Source: Cenococcum geophilum | Taxonomy: Eukaryota | NCBI GenBank assembly: GCA_050273025.1 | Contig: CP158635.1 | Span: 14,074,001-14,138,000 of the forward strand | Length of the DNA stretch: 64,000 bases | Direction of reading: 5' to 3' | Part shown: positions 1 to 13,400 of the stretch, one piece after another | Layout: every line of letters begins with the position of its first letter | Position numbering within the stretch: position 1 is the first letter of the stretch | Made by a program: the position numbers and the translations under genes | Notes under the pieces: generated by a model | The model's database searches: none | What the model was told of the DNA's origin: nothing | What the model saw: the letters and a program-made list of their open reading frames with translations, nothing else

Positions 1-1080
1 AGAGATAGAATTATTTTTAATCCATATCGTTAAAGAAGAGGATACCATTTAAAAGGGTAAAAGCATCCCTCTACTATAATAAGTCTTAGCGAAGTTCAGC
101 TATTAGCCGTTAGCGAGGATAACCACCTACCTTTATAAAAGTAGAGATAAACTCCTAGATAGAGCGGTTATATAAACGCCTAAGCCTAATTACCTGGGCG
201 CTCCAAGCAAGTCTACTAGCTAGTTTTTAACTCTAAACCAGCGTTAGGAATCTACCACTTAACGCTTTATTAATCTCCTTAATCACAGTAGCCTGTTTTA
301 AAGGAGAAAGACGCAGCTTAGACTTTAGAGTATCTATAATATAACCTAGAACTTTAGCCATAGTGCCTTTAATATTCTTTAATTTGTTTTATAGGATGCC
401 TAATTTATTGCTTAATTAGTTATATATACTAAGCAATTAAGGAAGAATAGAAGCGTTAGAGAGTATAAAGATAAAGTTATCTAGATAGTGCTCTAAGGCG
501 GCGTTTAGGATATATTAGATAAGTATCCAGTAAAATCCCTCCGCAAAAAGATTAAATAAAAAGGGTGCAGTTTAAAGGCTAAATAAGAGGCAACGTTCGA
601 AATACACTATACCCTTCTAGGAGAACCCTATAAGGCGTTAAGCTTTAATAGAAAGTAGGATATTCTAAAAGGCGTCCTTAATGTCCCTCTTAACAATTAT
701 GCAACTATAGCCTATATATATAACGTATTAGAAAACCTAATTAACTGTTAAATATTATAGTGTGGCGAATGCTATAGGGATTAAGTCGTTAATAGATCGG
801 CTAAATAGTAAGGATAAGTTATAAATACGGCGCCATTCCTTATCTGCTTTAGGTATTAAACCTAGCGGCAAGGACATAATAGGAGACGTTACTATTATAA
901 TCCTACCTATATCTAGATCGGCGCTAATCTTCTCTAAGATTAGGACCGTATTTACAGCTATTAAGGCTTAGTTTTTTTTAAAAAAGGAGCTTAATTTCTA
1001 GGTCTGCCCTAATCTGGCATCCGAACTTTAAAATACTAATAATATTACGTTAGAGGTTACTAGGGTATAGGAATAGATAA
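1..1080 (-). pseudogene. DIRS-type reverse transcriptase/RNase H pseudogene fragment
   Basis: GLIPK..WRRI at ~820-865, KRDIKDAF at ~670-695, HYLDNF at ~475-495; many RIP stops. Confidence 0.8.
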
Positions 1081-1139
1081 CGCCCCCACGCTTAAATAAT
1101 TAAGGGGGAGGGAGAGTCCTGTAGAGAAGAGGAGGGCAG

Positions 1140-2400
1140 GAAGACTAGAAATAATAGTATAGTATTTAGCCTACCCGTACTATAAGGGTAGAGCATAGTT
1201 TTAGCAAAGTATAGGTATAGCTTAATAAAATCCTCTTCCTCCTCTTCCTTTTCCTTATTAACACTTTCCTCTAGTAATTACTACTTGTAATTCCTTATAG
1301 CATATAGGCTACTATACTTACTATAGGTATATAGAAACTTGCAATCCTTACCTAGGTCATACTTCCCTCTATTAAAGCTATAATAGGTCCTTAAGATATT
1401 AGTGCTTACTTACGCGCGTTTTAAAATAGATGCGGATTTATAAGTACTAGGATTATAATAGATATCTAGGAAGTTACTAGAGATCTTTTAGTTAGCTAGC
1501 TCTAACTAGTTCTTTTAAATAACCATAGAGTAGTACTCTAAGGCTATAGTTATTAAAGGAGCAATTTAGTAGGTAGCAGATAGCCAGATAACTTAATTAT
1601 AAAAGATAAGCATTTAGGGAATAAGATCTACTAAAAGATTCTTATATATAACGATTAAAATCATTATATAGTTAAGGAAGCCCTCTACCCACACTTTAAT
1701 GGACGAGTAGTTCTTTATTATCCCTTCTTTCGGTCTTATAAAAAGGACGCTATTAATAATAAGGATATTATTCTAAGGCTTAAACCAGAGCTAGTATATC
1801 TAGAGGCAAGAGAGGTTATTAAGTAAGAAAGTACCCTAAAATACCTTAAGTATCTCTTTATTTAGGACGCCAGGGAGAAGGGTATTTAGAATATTGGCTA
1901 TAGATAGGAGCAACTTACCCAGTTTATTAATTAGGGTTAAGGATAACACTACTATAGCTAATCTCGCTGTTACTATAGCGAGGCTTAATATATAGAGTTT
2001 AGTCGCCTAATTTTCCTATTCTTTTTAAACGCGTAGCATTTTAGTATAGTCCTTCTATTCCTAAAGAAGTCTTATTTTCTAGTTAGTTGCCTAGTCCTTA
2101 ACCTCCTTTACCTAAGCTCTTCTAATCCTTAGGTCCTCCTCATGTAGTTACTAAAGCCGTTCTTTAGCTTTTTTAGCGGCTAAAGTCTCGCGTTAAGCCG
2201 TAGAGAGAGGCGCCATTATAGAGGATAGAGACTGTAACGCTAGTGTATCGCCTAAAGGTATAGGGGAAGGTAAGGGAGACTGGTAGGTAACCTCTGAGGA
2301 GTTTAACTCGTTAAGTGTATCGTCATTAGTTAAGTTTTTAAGGTTTTTATAGATAATTCGCGAAGGTTTAGATGAGCGTATAGGTCGTTAAGTTATTAAT
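1140..2400 (-). pseudogene. DIRS/Ngaro gag-like pseudogene
   Basis: Restored C-x-x-FNRGKCDLGKDCKFLHTC-x2-C finger at ~1310-1390; limits approximate. Confidence 0.6.
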
Positions 2401-4421
2401 AGCAATAATCAATTATTAGAAATTAAGTAAATAAGGTATTAGCTCTTAAATAAGACTAATATAGAAAGCAAGCAAGCAAGGCTCAATTTTGTAAATATTA
2501 ATAATATTAGTGTTGCTAAGATGCAGGGGTGCTGCTATAGTACTCGCTTAGCCATATAGACATGTCCATCTATATAGGTATTATAAGCTTTCTCTAGCGT
2601 TCTGCAATTCTCTACGGCTATTAGCCCGTATATGATTAGGTTTGTATTATTAACAAAGCCTATCCCCTAGGTCGCCCCTTTTTTAAAGGAGTTAAGTAGG
2701 TTGCTTATAAAGAAAAGGAAGAGTATAGGCGAGAGGGGTAATTCTTATAGTATTCCTGTTATAACTGCGATAGGGGGGCTTTGGTATCCGCTAAAGACTA
2801 GCAATATTTCTTTTTGGCCTATAAACCCTTAAATAAATTATATAATCTATTCTAGGAAGCCTTTTGCTTTAAGGATATATAAGAGACGCTTATAGGGTAC
2901 GTTATTATAGGCGCTACTAATATCTAGGCTAAGTATTAATACTACAAAGTCTCTTTGCATCGCCTATACTGATTTAATAGTGGTAGCAAGTAACGTAAGT
3001 GCTGATAGTGTTAAGCGGTTCTTTCTTGCCCCTATTTAGCTTTATAGTAGTAGGGCGTATTCCTTTACTATGTCTGCTATATAGTCCGCTATTACCCTTT
3101 CTAAAATCTTGCTAAGGGTATTCTCTAAGGCAATAGGGCAGTAGCTCCCTGGAAATAAGTAGTTTGCTTTACCTTCTTTATATAGGATAAATATTGTTAT
3201 AGCTCTTTTAAGTCTTGGGTAGTAGCCTATTATAAAGTATGCTCTAGCTATATCCACAAGCTAAGGTGCTATTAGTGGTCCGTAGGTTTTTAGGGCTTTA
3301 TTTAGGATCCTATCTAGTCCTAGTACTATATTATTTAAAAGGCGGCTAATAGTTCTGGCCATTTCTTTAGTTGTTATATTACTATTAACCCTTAGGCGAG
3401 TCACCGGTGCTTTACCCGTAATATTACTAAGGTCTACTAAAGCTGGTTAAGGGAAGAATCTTTCTATAAGGATTTTTGCCTTCTTATTATTATTGCTTAT
3501 AGCTAGTAATTTACCTAGTTTTTATAGGGGCGGAAGGTGTGGGTCTTCTACTAGATATCCTACCTTTCTTTTTACCTATTTTGCTATCCTCTAAAGACCT
3601 TTATTATAGGGGAGGCTTGGGTTAATAGTATACTTATTTATAAACCGTCTCTAGCTATTCCTTACTTCTTTTTTTAGGGTATTCTTTAGCTAGTTTCTTA
3701 TATCTTTATAATATCTCTTATCTTTAGGATTATAGCTACTTATATATTTTCTTCTTACTCATTATTAGCTGGTAATAAAAACCGCGCATTATACGGACTA
3801 TGCGTATTACGCGTAGGGGCCCGCTTTTAAAATTAGGCAGTGCTGTTTTAACCTATTTTTAATTGCTGCCTAGATCCTTTCTAGTCTTTAGTTAATTTTC
3901 TTAGGGGTAGCCACTAAGCCTCACTTATTTAGTATTAGGTGGATTTCTTCTAGGTCTTAAAGTTATTATTTAACTATATTAAGGAAGCTATCTATCTTAA
4001 GCTTTCTTATTACATATCTTTTGCTATTTAATTATGCCTTAATATCTAGATCTAGCTGTATCTAAATAGGGATATAGTCTAAAGCGAGTGCCTATTCTTC
4101 TTTAGGGTTATACCTTTTAAGTCTCTAGTATAGGCCTTTGTCCATAAATATAAGGTTAATTATGCTTCTAGCGGTGCCTTATTACTATATAATTGCTCCT
4201 AAAAGGGTGGCTAGCTTAAGGCCCTAGGTGTCTATAGCTTTTAGTAGGCATTTTACCTATTGTTTAGCAGCAATATAGATACCCCCCTACCGCGGGTAGT
4301 AGAGGTTTATATCTCCTAATAGAATAAACTCTATACCTTTAGTTTCTAGTAAGCTTATTACTAATATAATATTCTCTATTTATAGGACCCCTTTAACCCT
4401 AGGGTTATACATATTAATAAT

Positions 4422-7400
4422 GGGGCGTCCGAAGTGGAAAACTATGGTAGAGGGCCCTAGCAGGAGGGCCTCCGCAACTCTACTTTGTATGTAACTCTCG
4501 TAGCTCTGCAATGCAAATGTATCCTGGCCTCTGCTTATAAGAACTTGTTAAGGTTAACGCGTCGCAAAATTATACGAAACTTGTTAAGGCCCCAAGGCCA
4601 CCGCAAAGAACTTGTTAAGGCCCTGCCTAGAGAACTTATTAAGGCCCCTCTACGAAGGCCTATCTGGTATCCGGTACACCCAGGTAACTCAGAAGAGGGT
4701 CTTAATAGGCGTGGTGCGCGCGACCTGGACGACAGGACGCGACAGCGACGCAATGGCGACGCGACGGCAACCAGACGGCTCAACGAGGTGGAAACACGGG
4801 TAAAGCTCTAGGCAGCGGAAACACAGGCCAGCTTCGACGGCCCCATGGCGTTCAACCTACGGTTGACCTACAGGTGACTCACAGGAGGGTCTTAATAGGC
4901 GTAGTGCACGCAACCTGCACATATATATGGGGGAGGCTCTAAGAAAACACAGGCTAGTTATATAAGGACTTAACAGTTAGAGACACAGGCTAGCTTATAT
5001 AAAGGGGGGACATAAGCTTGGTTAGTAGAATAGAGTAGGGTAGGTCGCCTGGCACGGGACCTAGTCTATAACCTATTCTGCAAGATACAGTCGGCCTATT
5101 ATAAGAAGACTTTTACAGGCAACGCGAAATGGGAATTAAAACCTCCCGCGGGGCGTAGTGCGTAGTAGCCACTACTAGCTCTAGGGACCTTACCCCTTAG
5201 CTGGGCTCTAACCCCTAGTGCACCTAATAGGCAGGCAGGATTATATCCTGGCCGGAGAGACTACTACGTAGCTTAAGAGAACGGATACGCGTGTTGGTGT
5301 ACTAATAGATAGGACTATTCGCTAGGGCAGTACGACTGCTCGCTAGGGTAGTACACTAGTAAGGTACGCTTAAGGAGTAAACAGGAGTTACTTAGGCAGG
5401 GGAGGCTTTTGGCTAGGCCTTAACTGTAGATAGTACCTAAGGCTTCAACCACATTGTAGGATGCAGCTACGACGCCCTTATAGGATTACGTCAGTAGGCG
5501 CATAAGACAGGAGTTATAACCCCTGTAAATGGCAGCTTATACCCATACCGGCGGAAATAATAAAAAGAGGCGTAAAACTAGAGGCTATAGAAGGCTCCCA
5601 AGCTATATAAAAGCATACTAACTTTAGGAGGAGACTCTTATATAGACTGCTAGGGGGTAGGCTAGTACTTAGGCTAATAGCCTATTATAAGATATCCGAG
5701 AGAACTGGTAAAATTCCCTATATTATAGGTAGTAGCAGCTAACTGCTTATAGAAAGCCCTAGGCCCTCGGGCCTAGATAAATAAGAAAGCTACTAGAAAA
5801 CTAGGGTAGAGGCCTAAATAAGCAGGCATGTCGAACTCTACTATATAACTACCTGCCTAGGAAGCTACTAACCAATCGCCCTTAAAAATACGCTAGGAAA
5901 GCTTCTAGAAAAGATAGTTATAGAGCGCATATAAGACGCCGCAGAGGAGCAAGGACTACTACCGTAGACACAAATAGGCGCAAGAAAGAAGCGATTAACC
6001 CTTTTAGCCCTCTCCCTAATTACCTCTAGCGTCCAGGCGGCGTAGCAAGCCCGCCCAGGATACGTAGTATCTATACTTAGCTTAGACCTAAGTGGAGCCT
6101 TCAACAACGTATTGTATAAGAGACTCCTATAGATCCTAAAAAAGAAGGGTCTACTAAACTAAATAGTTAAGTTTATATAAGCCTTTCTAATAGGGCGTAC
6201 CACTAAGATAGTATTTAAGGGCTATAAAAGTGAATTAATACTAACACCTACAGGCATCCCACAGGGGTCGCCCCTATCGCTAATCCTATTCTTATTCTTT
6301 ATATCTAAGCTACTAAAGACATTTAAGAGCAACTAGAAAACAGTAGCCTTAGGATTTATAGACAATATAAACCTAATTACGTAGGGAAACATAGCAGCAG
6401 AAAACTACACTAGACTAAACTAGGCGCACAATAGGTGCGTCACATAGGCAAAACGGTATAGCGCTAAATTTGCACCAGATAAATACCAGCTTATCTATTT
6501 TACAAGGAAAAGGAGGGCGAATAACAACCTAGCGTTAATAGTAAGCATCTAGGGCTACAAAGTAAAACCAGAAGCCACCCTTAAGGTCCTAGGGGTATAG
6601 GTAAACGCTAAACTAAACTAGAATGCGTATATCACACAGGCGACTTATAGGGGAGCAGCAGCATTCGCAGCGATATCGCGTATCATAGCCTCAACCTAGG
6701 GACCCTTATTTAGACGCACACAACTACTATACACAGCTATAGTAAGGCTAATAATGCTATACGGCGCCTAGATCTGGGGCGTAGACCTAAAAGGCAAGCC
6801 ACTAGCAAAAAGCTCCCTAGAGCCACTAGTTAAACTACAAAACTAATGCCTACGTAAAATCACAGGGGCCTATAAGAGGACACTACGTACCGCACTAAAA
6901 CGCGAAGCAGTAATACCTCCACTAGACATATATATAGACACAATTACTATATAGAGAGCAGCTACAGTACAAGACCACTTAGTAAAGAAGGATATACGCT
7001 AAACACTTAATCGTATATAAGGAGTAAGGGCCCCCCGGAGGGGTAATATGCCTAAGCTTATAAGCTAGGAAGCCCTTCGCCTACGTGCGGTAGAGAAAGA
7101 ATAGAAAATACGGGAGCTACTATAATACTAAGCGGAGACCCAGCGCCACGCCGGCGGAGCGCCACTATGGCAGTAGAGGATAGGAGGCCACCAGCATAAG
7201 TGGAGATCCACTATATGCATCGCAAGATGGGCAGATATTAAGTAGAACCAATAATGGAAGAAGGCGGCAAAAACACAGAGGGTAGCCATATAGATCACCC
7301 CATAGACGATACTAACTCTCCCCCTATATAAAGGACAGACGAAGGCAGAATCTATAGCCGCCTTCCTACTAAGGACAGAGGTTCTAGGGCTAAATGTATA

Positions 7401-7958
7401 GCTAGTAAGCATCTATATCCCAAACATTACGCCACACTATACGTGCGGATAGCCTACACAGTTAGTACGCCACGTACTACTTTTCTGCAACTAACGCACT
7501 ACAAAAGACCAGTTATTCGCTAGAGCAGGCACAAATAATATTACCTAAATACTCTCTACAAGTAGGGGTCTATACGTAGCAGTATAATAGCTTATAAGCC
7601 AAGGAGTCCTTTAGCAGTTCCAAACAGCAAATAAGATCCAGCAGGAGGACACTAAAGGATACGCCCCCTTCCAGTCCCTTAGAGACTGGACACCCCCTAC
7701 CTAGTTAAAGGCGGCACGCCGGCGAATCACCAAACCCTCCTACTACCCCCTAGATCTTCCAAGACACCTTAGAAGCATAGTACGTAAGGCAGACATTATA
7801 TAAAGGTACACAGGCGAGGCGAAGGCGGAGCGCGTAAGACTAGCTAAAAGGATATACCTAGGTTTTCCCCCTTAGGGGGTTTTTCCTATATATAGAAGGT
7901 AGAAGCCTGTATAGACCTAAAAAGGGACCAAATCGGGCGATAAATAGAATTAATAATA
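4422..7958 (+). mobile_element. Non-LTR element B: ~1.1-kb GC-rich non-coding head fused to the RT/C-terminal half of a Tad1-like LINE
   Basis: 15-bp TSD ATACATATTAATAAT at 4407-4421 and 7959-7973; (TAA)n tail; RT motifs; no recognisable gag or endonuclease. Confidence 0.85.
5750..7700 (+). pseudogene. LINE B reverse transcriptase plus C-terminal CCHC finger, RIP-degraded
   Basis: GSY*PIALKNTLGKLLEK ~5862, SLDLSGAFNNV ~6079, GIPQGSPLSLILF ~6253, GFIDN ~6352, (C)TCG*PTQLVRHVLLFC ~7438-7490. Confidence 0.85.
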
Positions 7959-8591
7959 ATACATATTAATAATCTATACCGGTCCCCTATATATCTAGAT
8001 TATTATAACTATAATATCTAGGTTAACTGCCTGCTATAACTATAAGGATAGGCTGATAGCCTTACTAATTATAAAGCACACGTATATAGCTGCTTTTGGT
8101 TTATATAGGAGCTAGAATCCTTAAGGGCAGTATATTAATTATATATAGGCATTATAATACGGCTCTTATATAGTAAGGATATAGTATTTCTTTAGGTCTA
8201 AGCTATCTAGCAAGGGCCTTACAAGATGGTGGTTTGTATTGCCGTAGTTATACTATATAATAGATAGGTGGCGGACCCCCGGCAGGGGTCCTTTGCCTCT
8301 TTTTTATTCCTCGCTTCCTCTATTTCCACTTTCTTTAGGACATTTAGAGCTTCTATCTCTTATATCTACATCTTAGTTACTACTTATTTTATATAGAGCT
8401 TTCTATTCCCATGTCTTATATTTTTAGTAGCGCTTCTATATCTAAATCTATTATTGTCTTTAGTTCCTCCCCTATTCTTACTAGTTAGCTATATACCCTT
8501 TAATAAAAACTGGAGCTCTTACTACACCCGGCTTAAAAAGACCAAAACCAACCAAAAGAACCCTAAAAAACACCTAGAGAATCCCCCTGAG

Positions 8592-10200
8592 ATGTATGCA
8601 TCGTAGGGGAGGCACACGTTAAACGACGGTGGCTCGCACTCGCGTACGACCGCTAGAACTACGCCTAGCAATAGCCCTCCATAACAAAGACGGGCGAATA
8701 CTACACCATAAAGCGGAAATACCTCTATTAAGAAGGCATCTAATAAAATATAAAGCCTATTAGACGCGTCTAGTATCTAGAATTATAGGGGAGTAACTGT
8801 TAGCTATAATAAACTAATATAGCTAGCAGAATAGCTCCGCTAGTCTAGTAAACCCTTAATTAAATCCTCTAACGGCTAAGCAAAATTAAAAATAAGTATA
8901 ACCCCCCCTTACCGGCGAACCGCACCTAGGCCGCTATAGCTACGCTTTTATAGTATAGGGAACCTACCCCCCTTAAGTTAATAACCGGGCATATAATTAT
9001 AATATAACCAAACATAGAACAAGCAGAGGGGCTTAGGGGATAATTAGAAATAAAAGTCCTTATAGAGATACGCAAAGAAGTTTACAACGCTGTTATAGTC
9101 CAATACCTTAAGAGCGGAGACATTAGAGTTACCCTAAAGGACTAACAGGCAAAGGAACGAGCCGTAAGGGTAGGGGATAGGCTAGGAGAACGTATTAGCA
9201 TAAAAGTACTCCGTAAGGATTACCTAGTTAAAGTTCTAGCGGTTCCTATAAGCCTTAGGGTAGAAAAGGGACGCTAGGCGGACAACACAGCAATTATATA
9301 GGAGATAGTAAGATAAACGGAACGCCTTATACCAGAACTTAAAATCACCCGAATCTAATAGCTTTAATAGGAAAATGTAAACTAAGCATATAATAAGAAT
9401 AATAAGAGAATATAAGGGTCGCTAGAGACTTGCTAGGGAGACGCCGGACGAATATATAGCTCCCTTATTGTTAGTATATATACACCAGGAATGCAAAAAC
9501 TCCTTATCCAAAAAGGAATAATTATAAATAGCCTTATATACAATATAAGGCTCTATAACTATAGACTACGCCTAGAATAATACTATCGCTATATATAATA
9601 GGGACACACCTAATCTATATGCGCAGTATAGGTGTGCTGCGGCCACTATGCAGGCCCCCACGATACGAGATATTACTTAAATTAAGACTAAATAAAATGC
9701 GCGAACTGCCACCAAAGCACATATAAGGCGTAGGAGAGAGAAGACTGTATTAAATATAGGAGATAGAAGGTAAGGGCTTAACAGCTACGGAAATAACTGC
9801 ACGGTAGGTTATATAAATGGAAATAATAGGCGATAAGCTAGGGGGACGCAGGTGCCTTCCTAGCGTTTCCTACCTTTAATACTAGAGGGCTAGGCTAGCC
9901 ATCCTAAGCCTTAACGGGCCAGAAGCAACGCCGCGCGATATTACCAGACCAATTAGGGATATAAGAGTTATAGGGGACATAAGGGAGAGAACGCCCTGTA
10001 GGAAGACCCCTATAGATAGTAACAGCAGGCTTAAAACCAGGATAATTAAGAATTAGACTTAATGCGGCAAATATAACATTCGCAGCCGACCTATAAAGGG
10101 CATATAGCCGACTAGTAAGAACAGGGGAAGAACTAGTAATAATAACAGATTTAGATATAGAAGCGCTAATAGAAATATAAGACATAGGAATAGAAAGCTC
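8592..10200 (+). pseudogene. LINE A2 ORF1 (gag-like, zinc knuckles)
   Basis: Restored CYRC..WGHT..C / CGHCAGPHDT..C / KCANCHQS.HKA at ~9580-9750; limits approximate. Confidence 0.75.
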
Positions 10201-10329
10201 TATATAAAATAAGTAGTAACTAGGGTGTAGATATAAGAGATAGAAGCTCTAAATATCCTAGAGAAAGTAGAAATAGAAGAAGTAAGGAATAAAGGAGAGT
10301 TAAAGGACCCTCGCCGGGGGTCCGCTACC

Positions 10330-13300
10330 TATCTATTATACAGTATAACTACAGCAACACAAACTACCGCCTTATAAGGCCCCTACTAGACAGTCTAGAC
10401 CTAGAGAAATACTATATCCTTGCTATATAAGAGCCGTATTATAATACCTTCACATAATTAATATACTGCCCCCGAGGATTCTAGCTCCTATATAAACCAA
10501 AAGTAGCTATACGTGTGTGCTTTATAATTAGTAAGGCTATTAGCCTATCCTTATAGTTATAGTAGGCAGTTAACCCAAATATTGTAGTTATAACAATCTA
10601 AATATATAGGGGACTGGTACAAATTATTAATGTATATAACCCTAGGGTTAAAGGGGTCCTATAAACAGAGAATATTATATCGGTAATAAGCTTACTAAAA
10701 ACCGAAGGTATAAAGTTTATCCTATTAGGAGATATAAACCTCCACTACCCGCGGTAGGGGGGTATCTATATTGCTGCAGACTAACAGTTAGAGTGCCTAC
10801 TAAGAGCTATAGATATCTGGGGCCTTAAGCTAGCTACCCCCCTAGGAGCAATTATATGGCAACGAGGCACCGCCAAAAGTATAATTAACCTCACATTTAT
10901 AGACAAAGGCCTATACTAGAGACTTAAAAGGTATAACCCTAAAGAAGAATGGGCACTTACCCTAGACTATATCCCTATTTAGATATAGCTAAACCTAGAT
11001 ACTAAAGCGCAATTAAATAGAAAAAGATACGTAATAAGGAAGCTTAAGATAGACAGTTTCCTTAATATAGTTAAACAACAACTCTAAGACCTAGAAGAAA
11101 TCCACCCAATACTAAATAAGCGAGGCCTATTAACTACCCCTAAGGAAATCAACTAAAGACTAGAAAGGATCCAGGCAGCAATTAAAAATAGGCTAAAAGA
11201 GCACTACCTAATCTTAAAACTGGGCCCCTATACGCGATATATATGGTCTATATAATACGCAGTTCTAGTTACCAGCTAATAATAAGTAAGAAGGAAATAT
11301 ATAAGTAGCCACAACCCTAAAGACGAGAGATGATATAAAGACATAAGAAACCAGCTAAAGAATACCCTAAAAAAAGAAGTAAGGAATAACTGGAGACGGT
11401 TTATAAATAAGTATACTTCTAACCCGAGCCTCCCCTATAATAAGGGCCTTTAGGATATAGCGAAATGGGTAAAGAAAAAGGTAGGGCGCTTAGCAGAAGA
11501 CCTATACCTACCACCCTTATAAAGAGTAGGAGAATTATAGGCTATAAATAACAATAATAAGAAGGCAAAGATCCTTACAGAAAGGTTTTTCCCCTAACTA
11601 GCTCTAGTAGACCTTAGTAATATTATAGGCGAAATACCAGTAACTTGCCTACGGGTTAACAGCAATATAATAATAGAGGAAATAGCTAGAATCATTAGCC
11701 GCCTTTTAAATAATATAGTACTAGGACCAGATAGGATTCTAAATAAGGCCCTAAAAACCTATAGGCTACTTATAGCACCTTAGCTTACAGATATAGCTAG
11801 AGCATACTTTGCTATAGGCTACTACCCGCGACTTAAAAGATCTATAACAACGGTTATTCTATAAAAAGAAGGTAAAGTAGATTACTTAATCCTAGGAAGC
11901 TACCGCCCTATTACCTTAAAAAACACCCTTAGCAAGATCTTAGAAAGGGTAATAGCGGAATACATAGCAGACACGGTAGAGGAATATACTTTACTACTAT
12001 AAAGCTAAATAGGGGCAAGAAAGAACCGCTTAACACTATTAGTACTTACGCTACTCGCTACTACTATTAAATCTATATAGGCGATGCGAAAGGACTTTAT
12101 AGTATTAATACTTAGCCTAGATATTAGTGGTGCCTATAACAATATACCCTATAAGCGTCTCCTATATATCCTTAGGGTAAAGGGCTTCCTAAAATGGATT
12201 ATATAATTTATCTAAGGGTTTATAGGCCAGAAAGAAATATTACTAGTCTTTAGCGGATACTAGAGCCCCCCTATTGCAGTTATAATAGAAATACCATAAG
12301 GATTACCCCTCTCGCCTATACTCTTCCTTTTCTTTATAAGCAACCTACTTAACTCCTTTAAGGAAGGGGTAACCTAGGGGATAGGCTTTATTAATAATAT
12401 AAACCTAATTATATACGGGCTAACAGCCGCAGAGAACTGCAGAACACTAGAGAAAGCCTATAATACTTATATAGAGTAGGTAAAATGTTATAGAGTCTAA
12501 TTCTTACTAGAGAAATACCAGCTAATCCATTTTATAAGAAAACGCAACTAATCTATAGATCTCTAGTATATAATTCATATCTAAGGCTTTAGGGGTTAAC
12601 TAGTTTAGGGCCTAAGGGTATTAGGAGTATAGGTAGACAGCAAGCTCTAGTAGAGCGTATATACGGCATAAGCGGCCCGTAAAGGCTAAGCACAGTTTAT
12701 CGCTTTATCTAGGATTATTAATTCTATATAGGGTCTATACTTCTAGAGGTCACACCTACTATATATAGCAGTTATCTGGCCAACTATAATATATAGATCC
12801 AGTATCTAGGCCATTAGAGAAATTAAGAAGGGCCCCCTAAAATCACTCCTTAAACCACTTTAAAAGGTCTAAATAGCCTGCCTCTAGAGTATTATAGGCG
12901 GGTATAAGTGAACGGCCACAGCACTACTTAAGAAGGAATCCAATATTCCCCCCCTATAGTTATATATTAAAGCCGCTGCAATATAAAGAACGTAAAATAA
13001 ACGTAACTCTAATGTTATAAAGTATATTAAGACACGCCTAAGTAAACTATAAAGGGACCCTAGTGTACTCTATAGGAGAACAAACTAACAACCCTAAAGT
13101 AGGAAAGAGATATTAGAGAAATAGGTAAAGAAAGCAGAAGAAGAATAGTGCCGCTTTAGGGCCTAGGCCCATATAGAGGAGGAAGGGAGACGTATAAGAG
13201 GTTAGTAAAGACAACAGTAAGATAGAGAAAGGAGCTAAAGTAGAATATATAAGAACGCCGGGAAACCATCTACTATAATATAATACTAGTTAGACCAACG

Positions 13301-13400
13301 CTAGAAAGGTAAATAGAAGTTAAAGGTATAGAGGCTAACTTAGGCAAGATAAACCTAAGCTATAGTATGGTTAACGCTATAGGGGGTAAATACCTAAGGG
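10330..13400 (+). pseudogene. LINE A2 ORF2 (APE endonuclease + reverse transcriptase)
   Basis: IIQYN ~10335, GDINLH ~10728, SIINLTF ~10878, GPDRILN ~11724, YRPITLKNTL ~11901, SLDISGAYNN ~12114, P*GLPLSPILF ~12294, GFINN ~12384. Confidence 0.88.

Larger units (their letters stand above)
1..2568 (-). mobile_element. DIRS/Ngaro-type (tyrosine-recombinase class) retrotransposon, 5' part, RIP-inactivated; runs off the left edge
   Basis: Minus-strand translation gives LPLGLIPKADKEWRRIYNLS..SIND, KRDIKDAF, PFLFNLFAEG, LEHYLDNF (YLDD) and DLL**RDAFTLLNG, the DIRS1-group RT and downstream pol motifs. A gag with a Cys-rich finger lies upstream. Abuts LINE A1 at ~2568. The YR domain is not in the window. 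Confidence 0.85.

Noticed and set aside
4393..4407. Telomere-like TAACCCTAGGGTTA
   Set aside because: Single palindromic motif in the LINE A endonuclease (NPRV codons), present in each A copy; no telomeric array.
4539..4650. Short direct repeats with unique spacers (CRISPR-like look)
   Set aside because: Repeats ~13-17 bp, spacers irregular, no cas genes, eukaryotic TE context.
4485..4811. 108-aa ORF and two overlapping ORFs in the head of B
   Set aside because: No recognisable domain; ORFs open on both strands because the segment is GC-rich, repetitive and RIP-poor.
5115..5200. HDV-like ribozyme candidate (ACCTCCCGCGG loop)
   Set aside because: P1 is imperfect and I could not find a P2 3' strand or J4/2 motif.
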